A stretch of DNA of 44,122 nt from Gemmatimonadaceae bacterium (GTDB lineage: Bacteria; Gemmatimonadota; Gemmatimonadetes; Gemmatimonadales; Gemmatimonadaceae): assembly GCA_036555845.1 (NCBI GenBank), contig DATBKN010000539.1, positions 1 through 44,122 of the forward strand, written 5' to 3'. Below, piece by piece: positions 7,999 to 16,292 of this stretch. The notes under the pieces were generated by a model. That model did not search any database and had not been told where the DNA came from. It saw only the letters and a list, made by a program, of their open reading frames with translations. A program made the translations under genes and the position numbers. Each line of letters starts with the position of its first letter. Position 1 is the first letter of the stretch.

Positions 7999-8363
7999 CG
8001 GCGCAGGTAGTCGTCGGTCTTGTTCAGCCAGTCCGCTCGCGGCGGATTGAAGACGTCGACGTCCAGCGTATTCTCGAGCGCTTCAGCCTTGTGCGGCACG
8101 TTGGACGGGATGTACAGCACGTCGCCCGCCATCACGTCGTACACTTCGCTCTGATCCGCACCCACCCATAAGCGCAGGCCGCCGCTCACCACGTACGTGA
8201 GCTGTTCGTTCTCGTGCTGATGCAGCGGCACGATGCATCCCTTCTTGAGAAAGACCTGCGCGATCATCATGCGCTCACCCGTGATGAGCTTGCGATCGAG
8301 CATCGGGGTCACGGTCTCGAGCGGGATCTGGTCCCAATGATGGAATTTCGCTCCAGTGGGCAT
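7995..8363 (-). CDS. cupin domain protein
   Basis: 122-aa ORF with cupin motifs PLHQHENEQLTYVVSG and IPSNVPHKAEAL. Confidence 0.85.
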   Translation of the reverse strand: MPTGAKFHHWDQIPLETVTPMLDRKLITGERMMIAQVFLKKGCIVPLHQHENEQLTYVVSGGLRLWVGADQSEVYDVMAGDVLYIPSNVPHKAEALENTLDVDVFNPPRADWLNKTDDYLRR

Positions 8364-8405
8364 TCTGGTTTCCCTTTAAGGTCAACAACAGCTGTCGGCT
8401 GCAGT

Positions 8406-8432
8406 CAGCTGTCGGCCGGCAGCCGACGGCTG
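8406..8432. other. GC-rich hairpin with adjacent direct repeat downstream of the M28 peptidase gene
   Basis: CAGCTGTCGGC (8406-8416) pairs with GCCGACGGCTG (8422-8432): 11 bp with one G-T pair and a 5-nt loop. A direct copy of CAGCTGTCGGC lies at 8389-8399. No clear U-tract follows. Confidence 0.6.
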
Positions 8433-8442
8433 TCAGCTTCAG

Positions 8443-9477
8443 TTAATGCTGCCCGACAATACGACGATAGCTCTCAGGATTCCACTTCGGTTTGTCGGCC
8501 GCATTCGCGATCTCGCTCCCGAAATAGAAAAGCAAGCGCACGATTCGCATCTCCTTCTCGAAATCGATCCTGTCGATCTCGTCATCCGGCCCATGATAGT
8601 CGGCGTGCGTGCCGCTGAAGAAGAAGAGCACCGGCACGCCGCGCCGCGCGAAATTATAGTGGTCGGACCTGTAATAGAAACTCTCGTTAGGCCAAGGATC
8701 ATCGATCGTGGCCATGCGCAATTCGGGATGCGCGGCGGCGACGCGAGCCACCGTCGGCCCCAGGTCCGAATGCTCTCGACCGATCGCCACGATCGTATCG
8801 CGCCAGTTGCGGCCGATCATGTCGATATTGAGATCAGCGACGATCGAATCGAGCGGCACGGGAGTGTGAGAGGCGAAGTACGCGCTCCCCCATAAACCCG
8901 CCTCTTCTCCACTTACTGTCAAGAAGATGACTGATCGGCGCGGACGCTCCTTCGCCCGCGCGAACGCCTCCGCCAGCGCCATCACCGCCGCCGTGCCCGA
9001 CGCATTGTCGTCCGCGCCGTTGTAGATCGAATCACCGCCCACGGGCTGACCGACGCCGACGTGGTCCATATGCGCCGAGAACACGAGATACTCACCTTTG
9101 AGCGCAGGGTCGCTCCCCTCCAGCAGTCCGACGACGTTAGGCGCCTGCCCGCGGCCGCCGCTGGGTATCGGGTAGTGCTGGATGAAAGTCCCGCTGTCGC
9201 CGAGGGGTCGCAGCCCAAAACGCGCGAACTGCGAGGCGATGTACGCCGCCGTGCGGTCCAGCCCGCGGCTCGGCGTCACCCGCCCGCGCATCGAATCGTG
9301 CGCGATGACTGACACATGATGCCGCAGCACGTCTTCCGTGATCATGCTCGCGTCGTCCGCTGGGCCCGCCGATGCCGCTTCTTGCTTGGCGTTGGAGTGA
9401 CGGTTCTCCTGCGCGCACATCGGCATCGCGGAGACAAGAACAACCGCCAGAGTCGTGAGATCGCGGGACCGCATCAT
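8443..9477 (-). CDS. M28 family zinc aminopeptidase (secreted)
   Basis: Metal-ligand motifs are SAHMDHVG, NGADDNASG, SGEEAGLWGS, DMIG and SDHYNF. The start is placed at MMRSRDLTTLAVVLVSAMPMCAQ (a signal peptide) rather than the upstream ORF-track start at 9573. Confidence 0.85.
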   Translation of the reverse strand: MMRSRDLTTLAVVLVSAMPMCAQENRHSNAKQEAASAGPADDASMITEDVLRHHVSVIAHDSMRGRVTPSRGLDRTAAYIASQFARFGLRPLGDSGTFIQHYPIPSGGRGQAPNVVGLLEGSDPALKGEYLVFSAHMDHVGVGQPVGGDSIYNGADDNASGTAAVMALAEAFARAKERPRRSVIFLTVSGEEAGLWGSAYFASHTPVPLDSIVADLNIDMIGRNWRDTIVAIGREHSDLGPTVARVAAAHPELRMATIDDPWPNESFYYRSDHYNFARRGVPVLFFFSGTHADYHGPDDEIDRIDFEKEMRIVRLLFYFGSEIANAADKPKWNPESYRRIVGQH

Positions 9478-9623
9478 CACGTTTCGCCGCGCTTGCAGTG
9501 TTCGAGATGCATCATTTCCGGATGATAGCCCAGGGGCGTGCCTCTCGCACACACCGATTGCCGCGCGCGACACCAGTCACCATCTTTGCCGTTAGTGTGA
9601 CATCCGGTCCCGCGGAGCATCCC

Positions 9624-10358
9624 ATGTTCAGCAGCAGGTCGGATGAAGACACCCAGGTCGAGAGCCCCACGCCGTCGCGCGTGTGGGGCGATCAGTGGCT
9701 TCGGGTGAGTGAAAAAGTCCTCACCGGCCTCAATCACCAACTCACGAATCGCTCCGCCGCACTGGATTCGCTCGTGGGCGTCATTGCTACCGAGCCGGAG
9801 CTGGACAAAGCGATGGTCGCGGCGCTGCAGGATGAAGTCGTTAGGTTGATCGACCTGCTCACGCTGTTTCGCATGCTGCCGGCCGAGGCGTCGCCGAACG
9901 CGCAGGCGATGCGCTTGCAGGATACGATGCCGCAGGTGCTGCGCCTGCACATGCATCACGCGGACCTCAAGGGTGTGACCGTCGCGCTGGACGGCGATCC
10001 GGACACGGATCCGGTGCTGATTCGTCCGTCCGCGCTGCTGCGTTCCTTGCTCGTCTTGCTGGAGAGCGGCGCCGGAAACGCGGCGCGTTCCGGCCGCCGC
10101 GCCCCGCTCACGTTAGGCTACGCCAACGACGGCCAATCGTACGTGCGCATCACGCTCGAAGCCTCCGCACCCACCGGTCACATGGTCTTCACAGGTCCGG
10201 GGAGTCTCGTGCACGCTGTGCGCACCGCGCTGACGCACGCTCACGGGACGATCGACGCGTCGATCGTGGACGGACCGGAAGGGCCCGTGCTGCGCTATGT
10301 GCTGAGGTTCCCGACGCTCACTGAAGCGCGGCGGCTCGAGGAAGACGCGGCCGCCTAA
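9624..10358 (+). CDS. hypothetical protein with a degenerate histidine-kinase-like core (DHp-like H-box, no clear G-boxes)
   Basis: About 244 aa from ATG 9624 (MFSSRSDEDT...). GLNHQLTNRSAAL resembles an H-box helix and LLESGAGNAARSG an N-box remnant. It has no TM segments and is convergent with the sigma factor gene, sharing a stop motif with it. Confidence 0.45.
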   Translation: MFSSRSDEDTQVESPTPSRVWGDQWLRVSEKVLTGLNHQLTNRSAALDSLVGVIATEPELDKAMVAALQDEVVRLIDLLTLFRMLPAEASPNAQAMRLQDTMPQVLRLHMHHADLKGVTVALDGDPDTDPVLIRPSALLRSLLVLLESGAGNAARSGRRAPLTLGYANDGQSYVRITLEASAPTGHMVFTGPGSLVHAVRTALTHAHGTIDASIVDGPEGPVLRYVLRFPTLTEARRLEEDAAA

Positions 10359-11161
10359 CTCCGAGCCGTCGCTGTGACTTCGCGCAGACTGACGAGCTGC
10401 TCGCGCAAACGCGCGATCGCGCGCGCACGGATCTGCGACACACGCGATTCCGTCACGCCCAAGACCTCGGCGATCTGGTGCAAGCGCAGCTCTTCGTAGT
10501 AGTACAAGGCCAGGACTGTCCGCTCGCGGCTACCTAACGCGCGAATGGCCGTCTGCAGCGCGACAAGCTCCTGCTCGCGCGTCAGTGCATCGTGCACGTC
10601 GCTGCGTAAGGACTCGAGGCCTTGCTCGGCGACATCGTTGCCGTCGGAGCCGTCCTGCGAGTGGTCGAAAGGCATCGCACGGGCGGCCTCGCCGTCATGC
10701 TGCCAGCGCCACAGCGTCTCGCGATCGATGCCAAGCCGCGAGGCGAGCTGGGAATCGTCAGGCGTCGCGCCAAGTTCGCTTGTCAGCGAATCTGTCGCGG
10801 CGGCCACGGCGCGCGCGCGCCGGCGAACGGAGCGCGGCACGTGGTCCAGCCGGCGTAATTCATCCAGCATCGCGCCGCGGATGCGCGGTGCGGCGAATGT
10901 GGTGAAAGCCAGTCCGCGCGACGCGTCGAAATTCGCCAGCGCCTCGATCAGACCCAGCGTACCGGCACTCACCAACTCGTCCAGCTCGATGGTGATGCCG
11001 CGCGACCGGATCAGCGAACGGGCGACGTGATAGACGAGCCCCAGGTGCTGCGACACCGCGTCTGGTGCGGTGCCGCCCTCGGCGAGCGTCGTCGGAATTG
11101 TCGCTGCGATGGCCGTTCCCATGGTGCGTTTTCTGCTCGTGGGTCCAAGGACTGAGCGCAC
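10355..11161 (-). CDS. sigma-70 family RNA polymerase sigma factor, FliA/WhiG-like
   Basis: Region 2 (GLIEALANFD, FTTFAAPRIRGAMLDELRR), region 3 and the region 4 HTH (LHQIAEVLGVTESRVSQIRARA) are present. The length and architecture fit group 3 sigma factors. The true start may be the internal ATG near 11122. Confidence 0.8.
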   Translation of the reverse strand: MRSVLGPTSRKRTMGTAIAATIPTTLAEGGTAPDAVSQHLGLVYHVARSLIRSRGITIELDELVSAGTLGLIEALANFDASRGLAFTTFAAPRIRGAMLDELRRLDHVPRSVRRRARAVAAATDSLTSELGATPDDSQLASRLGIDRETLWRWQHDGEAARAMPFDHSQDGSDGNDVAEQGLESLRSDVHDALTREQELVALQTAIRALGSRERTVLALYYYEELRLHQIAEVLGVTESRVSQIRARAIARLREQLVSLREVTATARS

Positions 11162-11429
11162 TCATAGGGCAACCGATGTTCCGTCGCGCACGCGACGCGT
11201 GGAGCGCCGCTCGACCAGCGCCTAACTGCAGAAGTGATCTAGGCTTAACGTGAGTGCGGCGACGTGGCTGATGGGCCGATGTTGGGCTAAACTCATCGAG
11301 CGGACTGGCAACTGCTGCCGCACCGGGAAGAAAGTGCCCGGTAGCAATTAGCTCTTGGTCCGTAGTCCTTAACCAACAAGCGACTGCGCCTCTGACGATC
11401 TGCTTTGCCGCGACGAATTAGCCAAGAGC

Positions 11430-11461
11430 TACGGACTAAGGACTAGGGACTAGCTTCTAAC
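11430..11461 (+). repeat. heptad array TACGGAC TAAGGAC TAGGGAC TAGCTTC TAAC abutting the ATG at 11462
   Basis: Stop triplets lie at 11437, 11444, 11451 and 11458, exactly 7 nt apart. It shares the 15-mer ACGGACTAAGGACTA with 3512-3526. An inverted partial copy lies at 11359-11372. Confidence 0.85.
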
Positions 11462-12076
11462 ATGCTTCGCAAAGCCGTCGCGCATCTCAAGAAATCCGAT
11501 CCCGTTATGGCGCGCCTCATTGCCGTCGTGGGACCTTGCCGCTTCGCCGTGCGCAGCGAAGGCACGCATTACCACGCGCTCTTCCGCGCCATCCAGTACC
11601 AGCAACTGGCGGGACCCGCCGCGCTGGCGATCCATCGCCGCGTCCAGGCGCTCTACGGCGGCCGCGACCCGACGCCTGAAGAATTGTTGGGGACGACGGA
11701 CGACGCGCTGCGCGGCGCCGGGCTCTCGCGTCAGAAGCTCGCCTACGTGCGGGACCTGTCCGCGCGTGTCACTTCCGGCGACGTCGACATGCTGGGCATC
11801 GAGGCGTTGCCTAACGAAGACATCGTCACGCGCCTGACTCGCGTCAAGGGAATCGGCCGCTGGACGGCCGAGATGTTTCTCATCTTCCGGCTGGGACGCC
11901 CCGACATCCTCCCTGACCTGGACCTCGGCGTGCGCAACGCGATCAAGCGAGCCTACCGTCTGCGCAAGCTGCCGTCATCGGAGCGCGTGCATAAGATCGG
12001 CGCCAAGTGGGCGCCGTATCGCAGCATCGCGACGTGGTATCTCTGGCGCAGCGTCGACGGCGACGCGGAGATCTAG
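11462..12076 (+). CDS. DNA-3-methyladenine glycosylase II family (AlkA-like, HhH-GPD)
   Basis: HhH-GPD signature LTRVKGIGRWTAEMFLIFRLGRPDILPDLDLGVRNA, including the catalytic Asp. Confidence 0.85.
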   Translation: MLRKAVAHLKKSDPVMARLIAVVGPCRFAVRSEGTHYHALFRAIQYQQLAGPAALAIHRRVQALYGGRDPTPEELLGTTDDALRGAGLSRQKLAYVRDLSARVTSGDVDMLGIEALPNEDIVTRLTRVKGIGRWTAEMFLIFRLGRPDILPDLDLGVRNAIKRAYRLRKLPSSERVHKIGAKWAPYRSIATWYLWRSVDGDAEI

Positions 12077-12082
12077 GACGGC

Positions 12083-12970
12083 ATGATCGTCGCGATTACG
12101 GGCGCGTCGGGTTTTCTCGGCTCCGCGCTCGCGCGCGCGTTACGCAGCGACGATGTCACTGTCCTCCGCATCGGCCGCGGTCCGGAGGCCGACGTGCGGT
12201 GGGATCCTAACGCGGGAACGATCGCCGCAGAGCGCCTGATGGGCGCAGATGCGGTCGTGCACCTCGCCGGAGAGAACGTCGGTAAGCGCTGGACGCGTGC
12301 GCGCAAGCGCGAGATTCGGGAGAGCCGCGTCCAGGGGACGTCACTGATCGCTCGTACCATCGCGGCGCTGCCCGTGAAGCCGAAGGTTCTGGTAAGCGCC
12401 TCGGCGAGCGGGATGTACGGGGCGCACCGCGGCGACGAGGTCCTCACAGAGTCCAGCGCGTTAGGCACAGATTTCATGGCTAGCGTTGGGAGAGAATGGG
12501 AACGCGCCGCAGATCCCGCGCGCGCCGCGGGAATCAGGGTGGTGCACCCCCGGACGGGAATGATCCTCAACCGCGAAGGGGGCGTGCTCCAGCGACTGGT
12601 GCCGATCTTCTTGTTAGCAGTCGGCGGTAGAATCGGAAACGGCCGGCAGTGGATGGCCTGGATCGCGCGCACCGACTGGGTGCGTGCCGTGCGCTTTCTC
12701 CTCGATGCCAACGTGGACGGCGCGTTCAATATCTCCGCGCCCAACCCCGTCACCAACGCCGAGTTCACGGAGACGTTAGGGCGTGTCCTCATGCGTCCCA
12801 CGCCCATGATTGTCCCAGAGTCCGCCGTCAAGCTCGTATTCGGCGAGATGGGTAAAGACACGGTCCTCGCCAGCCAGCGCATGATCCCCGAGCGCTTGCT
12901 CAGCGCCGGATTCCGCTTCGAGTACCCAGAGCTGGAGCCTGCCCTTCGGCACGAGTTGGACATTCGTTAG
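12083..12970 (+). CDS. TIGR01777-type epimerase family protein (YfcH-like, SDR fold plus DUF1731 tail)
   Basis: N-terminal ITGASGFLGSAL Rossmann motif and a C-terminal SQRMIPERLLSAGFRFEYPELEPAL tail. The TAG stop lies inside a GTTAGG motif. Confidence 0.85.
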   Translation: MIVAITGASGFLGSALARALRSDDVTVLRIGRGPEADVRWDPNAGTIAAERLMGADAVVHLAGENVGKRWTRARKREIRESRVQGTSLIARTIAALPVKPKVLVSASASGMYGAHRGDEVLTESSALGTDFMASVGREWERAADPARAAGIRVVHPRTGMILNREGGVLQRLVPIFLLAVGGRIGNGRQWMAWIARTDWVRAVRFLLDANVDGAFNISAPNPVTNAEFTETLGRVLMRPTPMIVPESAVKLVFGEMGKDTVLASQRMIPERLLSAGFRFEYPELEPALRHELDIR

Positions 12971-13089
12971 GCTGCACACGAAGCGTGACGACGGACTTGA
13001 GCAGCACGATTTTCTCGTGACGAGGCAACGCAGTAGACAGCCATTTCGCTCGAAAAGTGGGAACGGCCGCACCGACTGCGCGGATCGAC

Positions 13090-13644
13090 TCAGCTCTGGC
13101 GCAGCTTGTATATCCACTCGCCGAGTGCCTTGAGACGCTCGGCAATGAGCTGCTTCGCCAGTTCGTCGATCAATCGCCCTTCGTTGTCGAACTTCTCCGC
13201 GGCCTTTCCAAGCAGGATCTCTGGTGGAGGAAGAACCGTCGTCTTCGTGAAGACGAAGTTCTGCCGCAGTTGCTGCTGCGCACGCGCAGTACCGACAATC
13301 CCGGTCGCCGCTCCCATGAGGAGCGCAACCTTGCCTAACAATGGAGACGTGGCTGCCGGCCGCGACGCCCAGTCGATCGCGTTCTTGAGAACACCCGGAA
13401 TGCCGTAGTTGTATTCCGGAGTCACGACCAGGAGACCATCGCACGCCGCCAGCATCTGCTTGAGCGCGCGCACGGGCTCGGGACGTGGATCCATGTCGAG
13501 ATCCGCATTGTACGGCGGAATGTCCGCCAATCCATCGAACTGATGAATCATCATGCCGGGCGGAACGAGCTCCATCGCCGCGCGCAGCAGCTTCCTGTTG
13601 AAGGAGTCCCTGCGCAGCGAGCCGGCCACAGCGAACACGTGCAC
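13090..13644 (-). CDS. NADPH-dependent FMN reductase family protein
   Basis: FAVAGSLRRDSFNRKLL and TPEYNYGIPGVLKNAIDWASRP are typical of this family. The start is set at a GTG giving MHVFAVAGS. The ORF-track start at 13758 is almost certainly too far upstream, so the start is uncertain. Confidence 0.8.
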   Translation of the reverse strand: MHVFAVAGSLRRDSFNRKLLRAAMELVPPGMMIHQFDGLADIPPYNADLDMDPRPEPVRALKQMLAACDGLLVVTPEYNYGIPGVLKNAIDWASRPAATSPLLGKVALLMGAATGIVGTARAQQQLRQNFVFTKTTVLPPPEILLGKAAEKFDNEGRLIDELAKQLIAERLKALGEWIYKLRQS

Positions 13645-13746
13645 GGTATAGCTGATGGCGACGTCGCTCACGATGCCCTCGTTAGGTGCCCGGTCGTCCC
13701 TGCGCCGGATGGCGTCCGTTTGGCGCCTGTGATAACATGCATCCAT

Positions 13747-14691
13747 ATGCGTCCGCAACGCACCTTTGCCGCGCTTTCGCTCGCGCTACTCTCAGCTGTC
13801 GGTTGCACGTCAGCCCGCGACGCCGAGCACGGCCGGCTCATCGTGTACACGGCGGGAAGTCTGGCGCGTCCAATTCGCGCCGCGCTGGACTCCTTTGTGG
13901 CCACGGCAAACGTCGAAGTCGATCTTGAAAGCGCGGGAAGCCTGGAGACCGCACGCAAACTCACCGAGCTCGGCAAGATTCCGGATGTGATTGCGCTCGC
14001 CGACGAAGAGGTCTTCCCCAAGCTTCTCATGCCACAATTCACGACATGGTATGCGCGCTTCGCGCGCAACCGCATGGTCATCGCGTTTTCGGATCGCTCT
14101 CGTTATGCGAGTGAGCTCTCTGCACAAAACTGGCGCGACGTGCTCACGCGGCGCGACGTTGAGATCGGCCGCGCGAATCCAAATCTCGATCCGGCGGGCT
14201 ATCGCGCACTCTTGGTGATGCAACTCGCCGAACGCCATTATCGCGATCCAGGACTCGCCGCCCGCCTCGAGGCGAGTGCGACGAAGCGGAACATGCGGGC
14301 GAAAGAGGCGGAGCTCGTGGCGCTGGTGCAGGCAGGAGAGCAGGACTATTCGTGGCAGTACGAGTCCCTCGCTCGGGCTGTCGGACTGCGCTACCTGACG
14401 CTGCCGCCCGCGATCGACCTGAGCTCCGACGGCGACTCGGCGACATACGCGACGGCATCGGTACGTGTGGTAGGCGGTGCACCAGGCGACTCAATCACCA
14501 TGATCGGCCGTGCGATTCGTTATGCGGTCTCAATTCCCACCGACGCGCCGCACCACGAGCTGGCTCAGCAGTTTGTCGCGTGGCTGCTGAGCGCACCCGG
14601 CCGAGCGACGTTGCGAGCCGAGCACTTGGACGCGCTGGATGACGCGCAATTCACGGGAACTGGCGTACCGCACGCCGTTAGATTCCCCTGA
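13747..14691 (+). CDS. periplasmic oxyanion (molybdate/tungstate/sulfate-type) substrate-binding lipoprotein, orphan
   Basis: ATG 13747 gives MRPQRTFAALSLALLSAVGCTS (a lipobox). The IVYTAGSL ... ESAGSLETARK pattern resembles ModA/WtpA-type binding proteins. No cognate permease or ATPase gene lies adjacent. Confidence 0.6.
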   Translation: MRPQRTFAALSLALLSAVGCTSARDAEHGRLIVYTAGSLARPIRAALDSFVATANVEVDLESAGSLETARKLTELGKIPDVIALADEEVFPKLLMPQFTTWYARFARNRMVIAFSDRSRYASELSAQNWRDVLTRRDVEIGRANPNLDPAGYRALLVMQLAERHYRDPGLAARLEASATKRNMRAKEAELVALVQAGEQDYSWQYESLARAVGLRYLTLPPAIDLSSDGDSATYATASVRVVGGAPGDSITMIGRAIRYAVSIPTDAPHHELAQQFVAWLLSAPGRATLRAEHLDALDDAQFTGTGVPHAVRFP

Positions 14692-14693
14692 TG

Positions 14694-14721
14694 GATAAAG
14701 GGGGTCTGACCCCCTTTGATT
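14694..14721. repeat. palindromic element, copy 2 (GATAAAGGGGGTCTGACCCCCTTTGATT)
   Basis: Perfect 21-nt palindrome AAAGGGGGTC-T-GACCCCCTTT at 14697-14717, starting 3 nt after the stop of the binding-protein gene. It may also act as a terminator. Confidence 0.85.
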
Positions 14722-14731
14722 AACACGAGCG

Positions 14732-15238
14732 ATGGCAGCTATTTCGTTTCAAAATCTCCCAGGCGAAGCACGCGTCTGGGTCTTCGCGGCAAGCGACGCG
14801 CTGGTTGGTGACAAGGCGGACGCGCTGTTAGGTGCAGCGGATGAGTTCCTCGGCGGCTGGAAGGCGCACGATCTCCCGCTGACCTGTGCGCGCGACTGGC
14901 GCGAGGACCGCTTCCTGGCGATCGGCGTCGATCAGCGCGACGCGCATGCGTCCGGCTGTTCTATCGACGGTCTCTTCCGCGTGTTGCAGCGTTTGGAGTC
15001 TTCGTTAGGCACATCGCTCGTCGGCGGTGGGCGCGTCTTTTATCGCGACGGCGACGGCCGAATCACCTGCGTTTCGCGCGCAGAATTCGCAGCGCGAGCT
15101 GCTGCCGGCAGCGTCGCTGACAACACCCGCGTGCTCGACACGACAGTCACAACCGCATCGGCCTATCGCGATCGATTCGAGCAACCGGCGGCGGCCAGCT
15201 GGCACGCCGCGCTGTTTCCGACGAATCGCCAGCGATAG
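14732..15238 (+). CDS. hypothetical protein
   Basis: 168-aa ORF that fills the gap between flanking genes on the coding strand. I recognise no motif. Confidence 0.5.
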   Translation: MAAISFQNLPGEARVWVFAASDALVGDKADALLGAADEFLGGWKAHDLPLTCARDWREDRFLAIGVDQRDAHASGCSIDGLFRVLQRLESSLGTSLVGGGRVFYRDGDGRITCVSRAEFAARAAAGSVADNTRVLDTTVTTASAYRDRFEQPAAASWHAALFPTNRQR

Positions 15239-15250
15239 CCGGCGGCTCGC

Positions 15251-16285
15251 CTAACGCAGCCATTCTGCTCGGTGTCTGGCGACGAAATCGTCGTCGTTCA
15301 GCTCTGGATACGCGCGAATGATGCGATCGATCTCACTGCGCTGCCCAGCAGACAGCGTTTCCGTTCGGTCCAGACACCACGTTCCGGCGAGCAGACCCTG
15401 ACGCCGCAGGATCTCATGAATGCCGGGTATCGAACCGGCGAAGCTATTGCGCACGTCGAAGATCGCGCCGTTGGCATCCGTCAAGGCGGCGCCTAACGCC
15501 AGCGTGCGGACAGTCGTCGCTCCCTCACGAATACGAGCGTGCAGACGCACGGCTGCCTGAGTCCAGACGGCCCATTGCCCTAACAATCCTCCGACGATGC
15601 GCCGCTGCACGACGTGTCCGCGCCGGCGTACGCGGATTGGTGTGAGCAGATCCGCGACGATGTTGTCGTCGTTGCCTGTGTACAGCGCGATGTCGTCGCG
15701 GCCGGTCTCGATCGTGGCCCGGACGACGTCGATTGTCGCATAGCGATCAAACGGCGCGATCTTGATCGCGACCACGTTCTCGATCTCGCAGAAGCGACAC
15801 CAGAAATCGAAGTCCAGCACTCGGCCGCCAACGGCCGGCTGCAGGTAGAAGCCGAACAACGGCAGCACGTCGGCGACGGCGCGGCAATGCCTGACGAGGT
15901 CCCGATTGGAGACGTCCTCCATGGCGGCGAGCGACAGCAGAACGGCATCATAGCCGTTCTGCGCCGCCGTCAGCGTTTCGCGCAGCGCCTGACGCGTGTG
16001 GCCCACAGCGCCAGCAATCAGCGCGAAGCCTTTGCGGCCGCGACGCCTGCCTAACGCCTCATCGACCGTCTCGCGCGCCAGCATCAAGACCGGTTCCAGG
16101 AGTCCGTGGCGCCGGTCGCGGATCGCGAACTGCGTGGTGTGAACGCCGACCGCGATCCCGCCGGCGCCGGCAGCGACGTAGTAGCGCGTGAGGGCACGCT
16201 GCCTGCGTTCGTCGAGGCGTCGCGCCGCGGTGAGCGCGAGCGGATGTGCGGGGATCACGTGCCCGGCCCGAAGGTAGCGCCGCAA
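15251..16285 (-). CDS. dihydrodipicolinate synthase-like / class I aldolase family protein (weak call)
   Basis: 344-aa ORF. The assignment rests on general resemblance (TIM-barrel-like alternating pattern, ALTRYYVAAGAGGIAVGVHTTQF) and on pairing with an adjacent epimerase gene. The TAG stop lies inside the motif. Confidence 0.5.
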   Translation of the reverse strand: MRRYLRAGHVIPAHPLALTAARRLDERRQRALTRYYVAAGAGGIAVGVHTTQFAIRDRRHGLLEPVLMLARETVDEALGRRRGRKGFALIAGAVGHTRQALRETLTAAQNGYDAVLLSLAAMEDVSNRDLVRHCRAVADVLPLFGFYLQPAVGGRVLDFDFWCRFCEIENVVAIKIAPFDRYATIDVVRATIETGRDDIALYTGNDDNIVADLLTPIRVRRRGHVVQRRIVGGLLGQWAVWTQAAVRLHARIREGATTVRTLALGAALTDANGAIFDVRNSFAGSIPGIHEILRRQGLLAGTWCLDRTETLSAGQRSEIDRIIRAYPELNDDDFVARHRAEWLR

Positions 16286-16292
16286 TGCGTCG

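Noticed and set aside
11162-11461. The 300-bp intergenic region checked for a tRNA, riboswitch or small RNA gene.
   Set aside because: I found no cloverleaf-compatible arms and no riboswitch consensus I recognise. Only the heptad repeats and short complementary segments are present, and those are reported separately.
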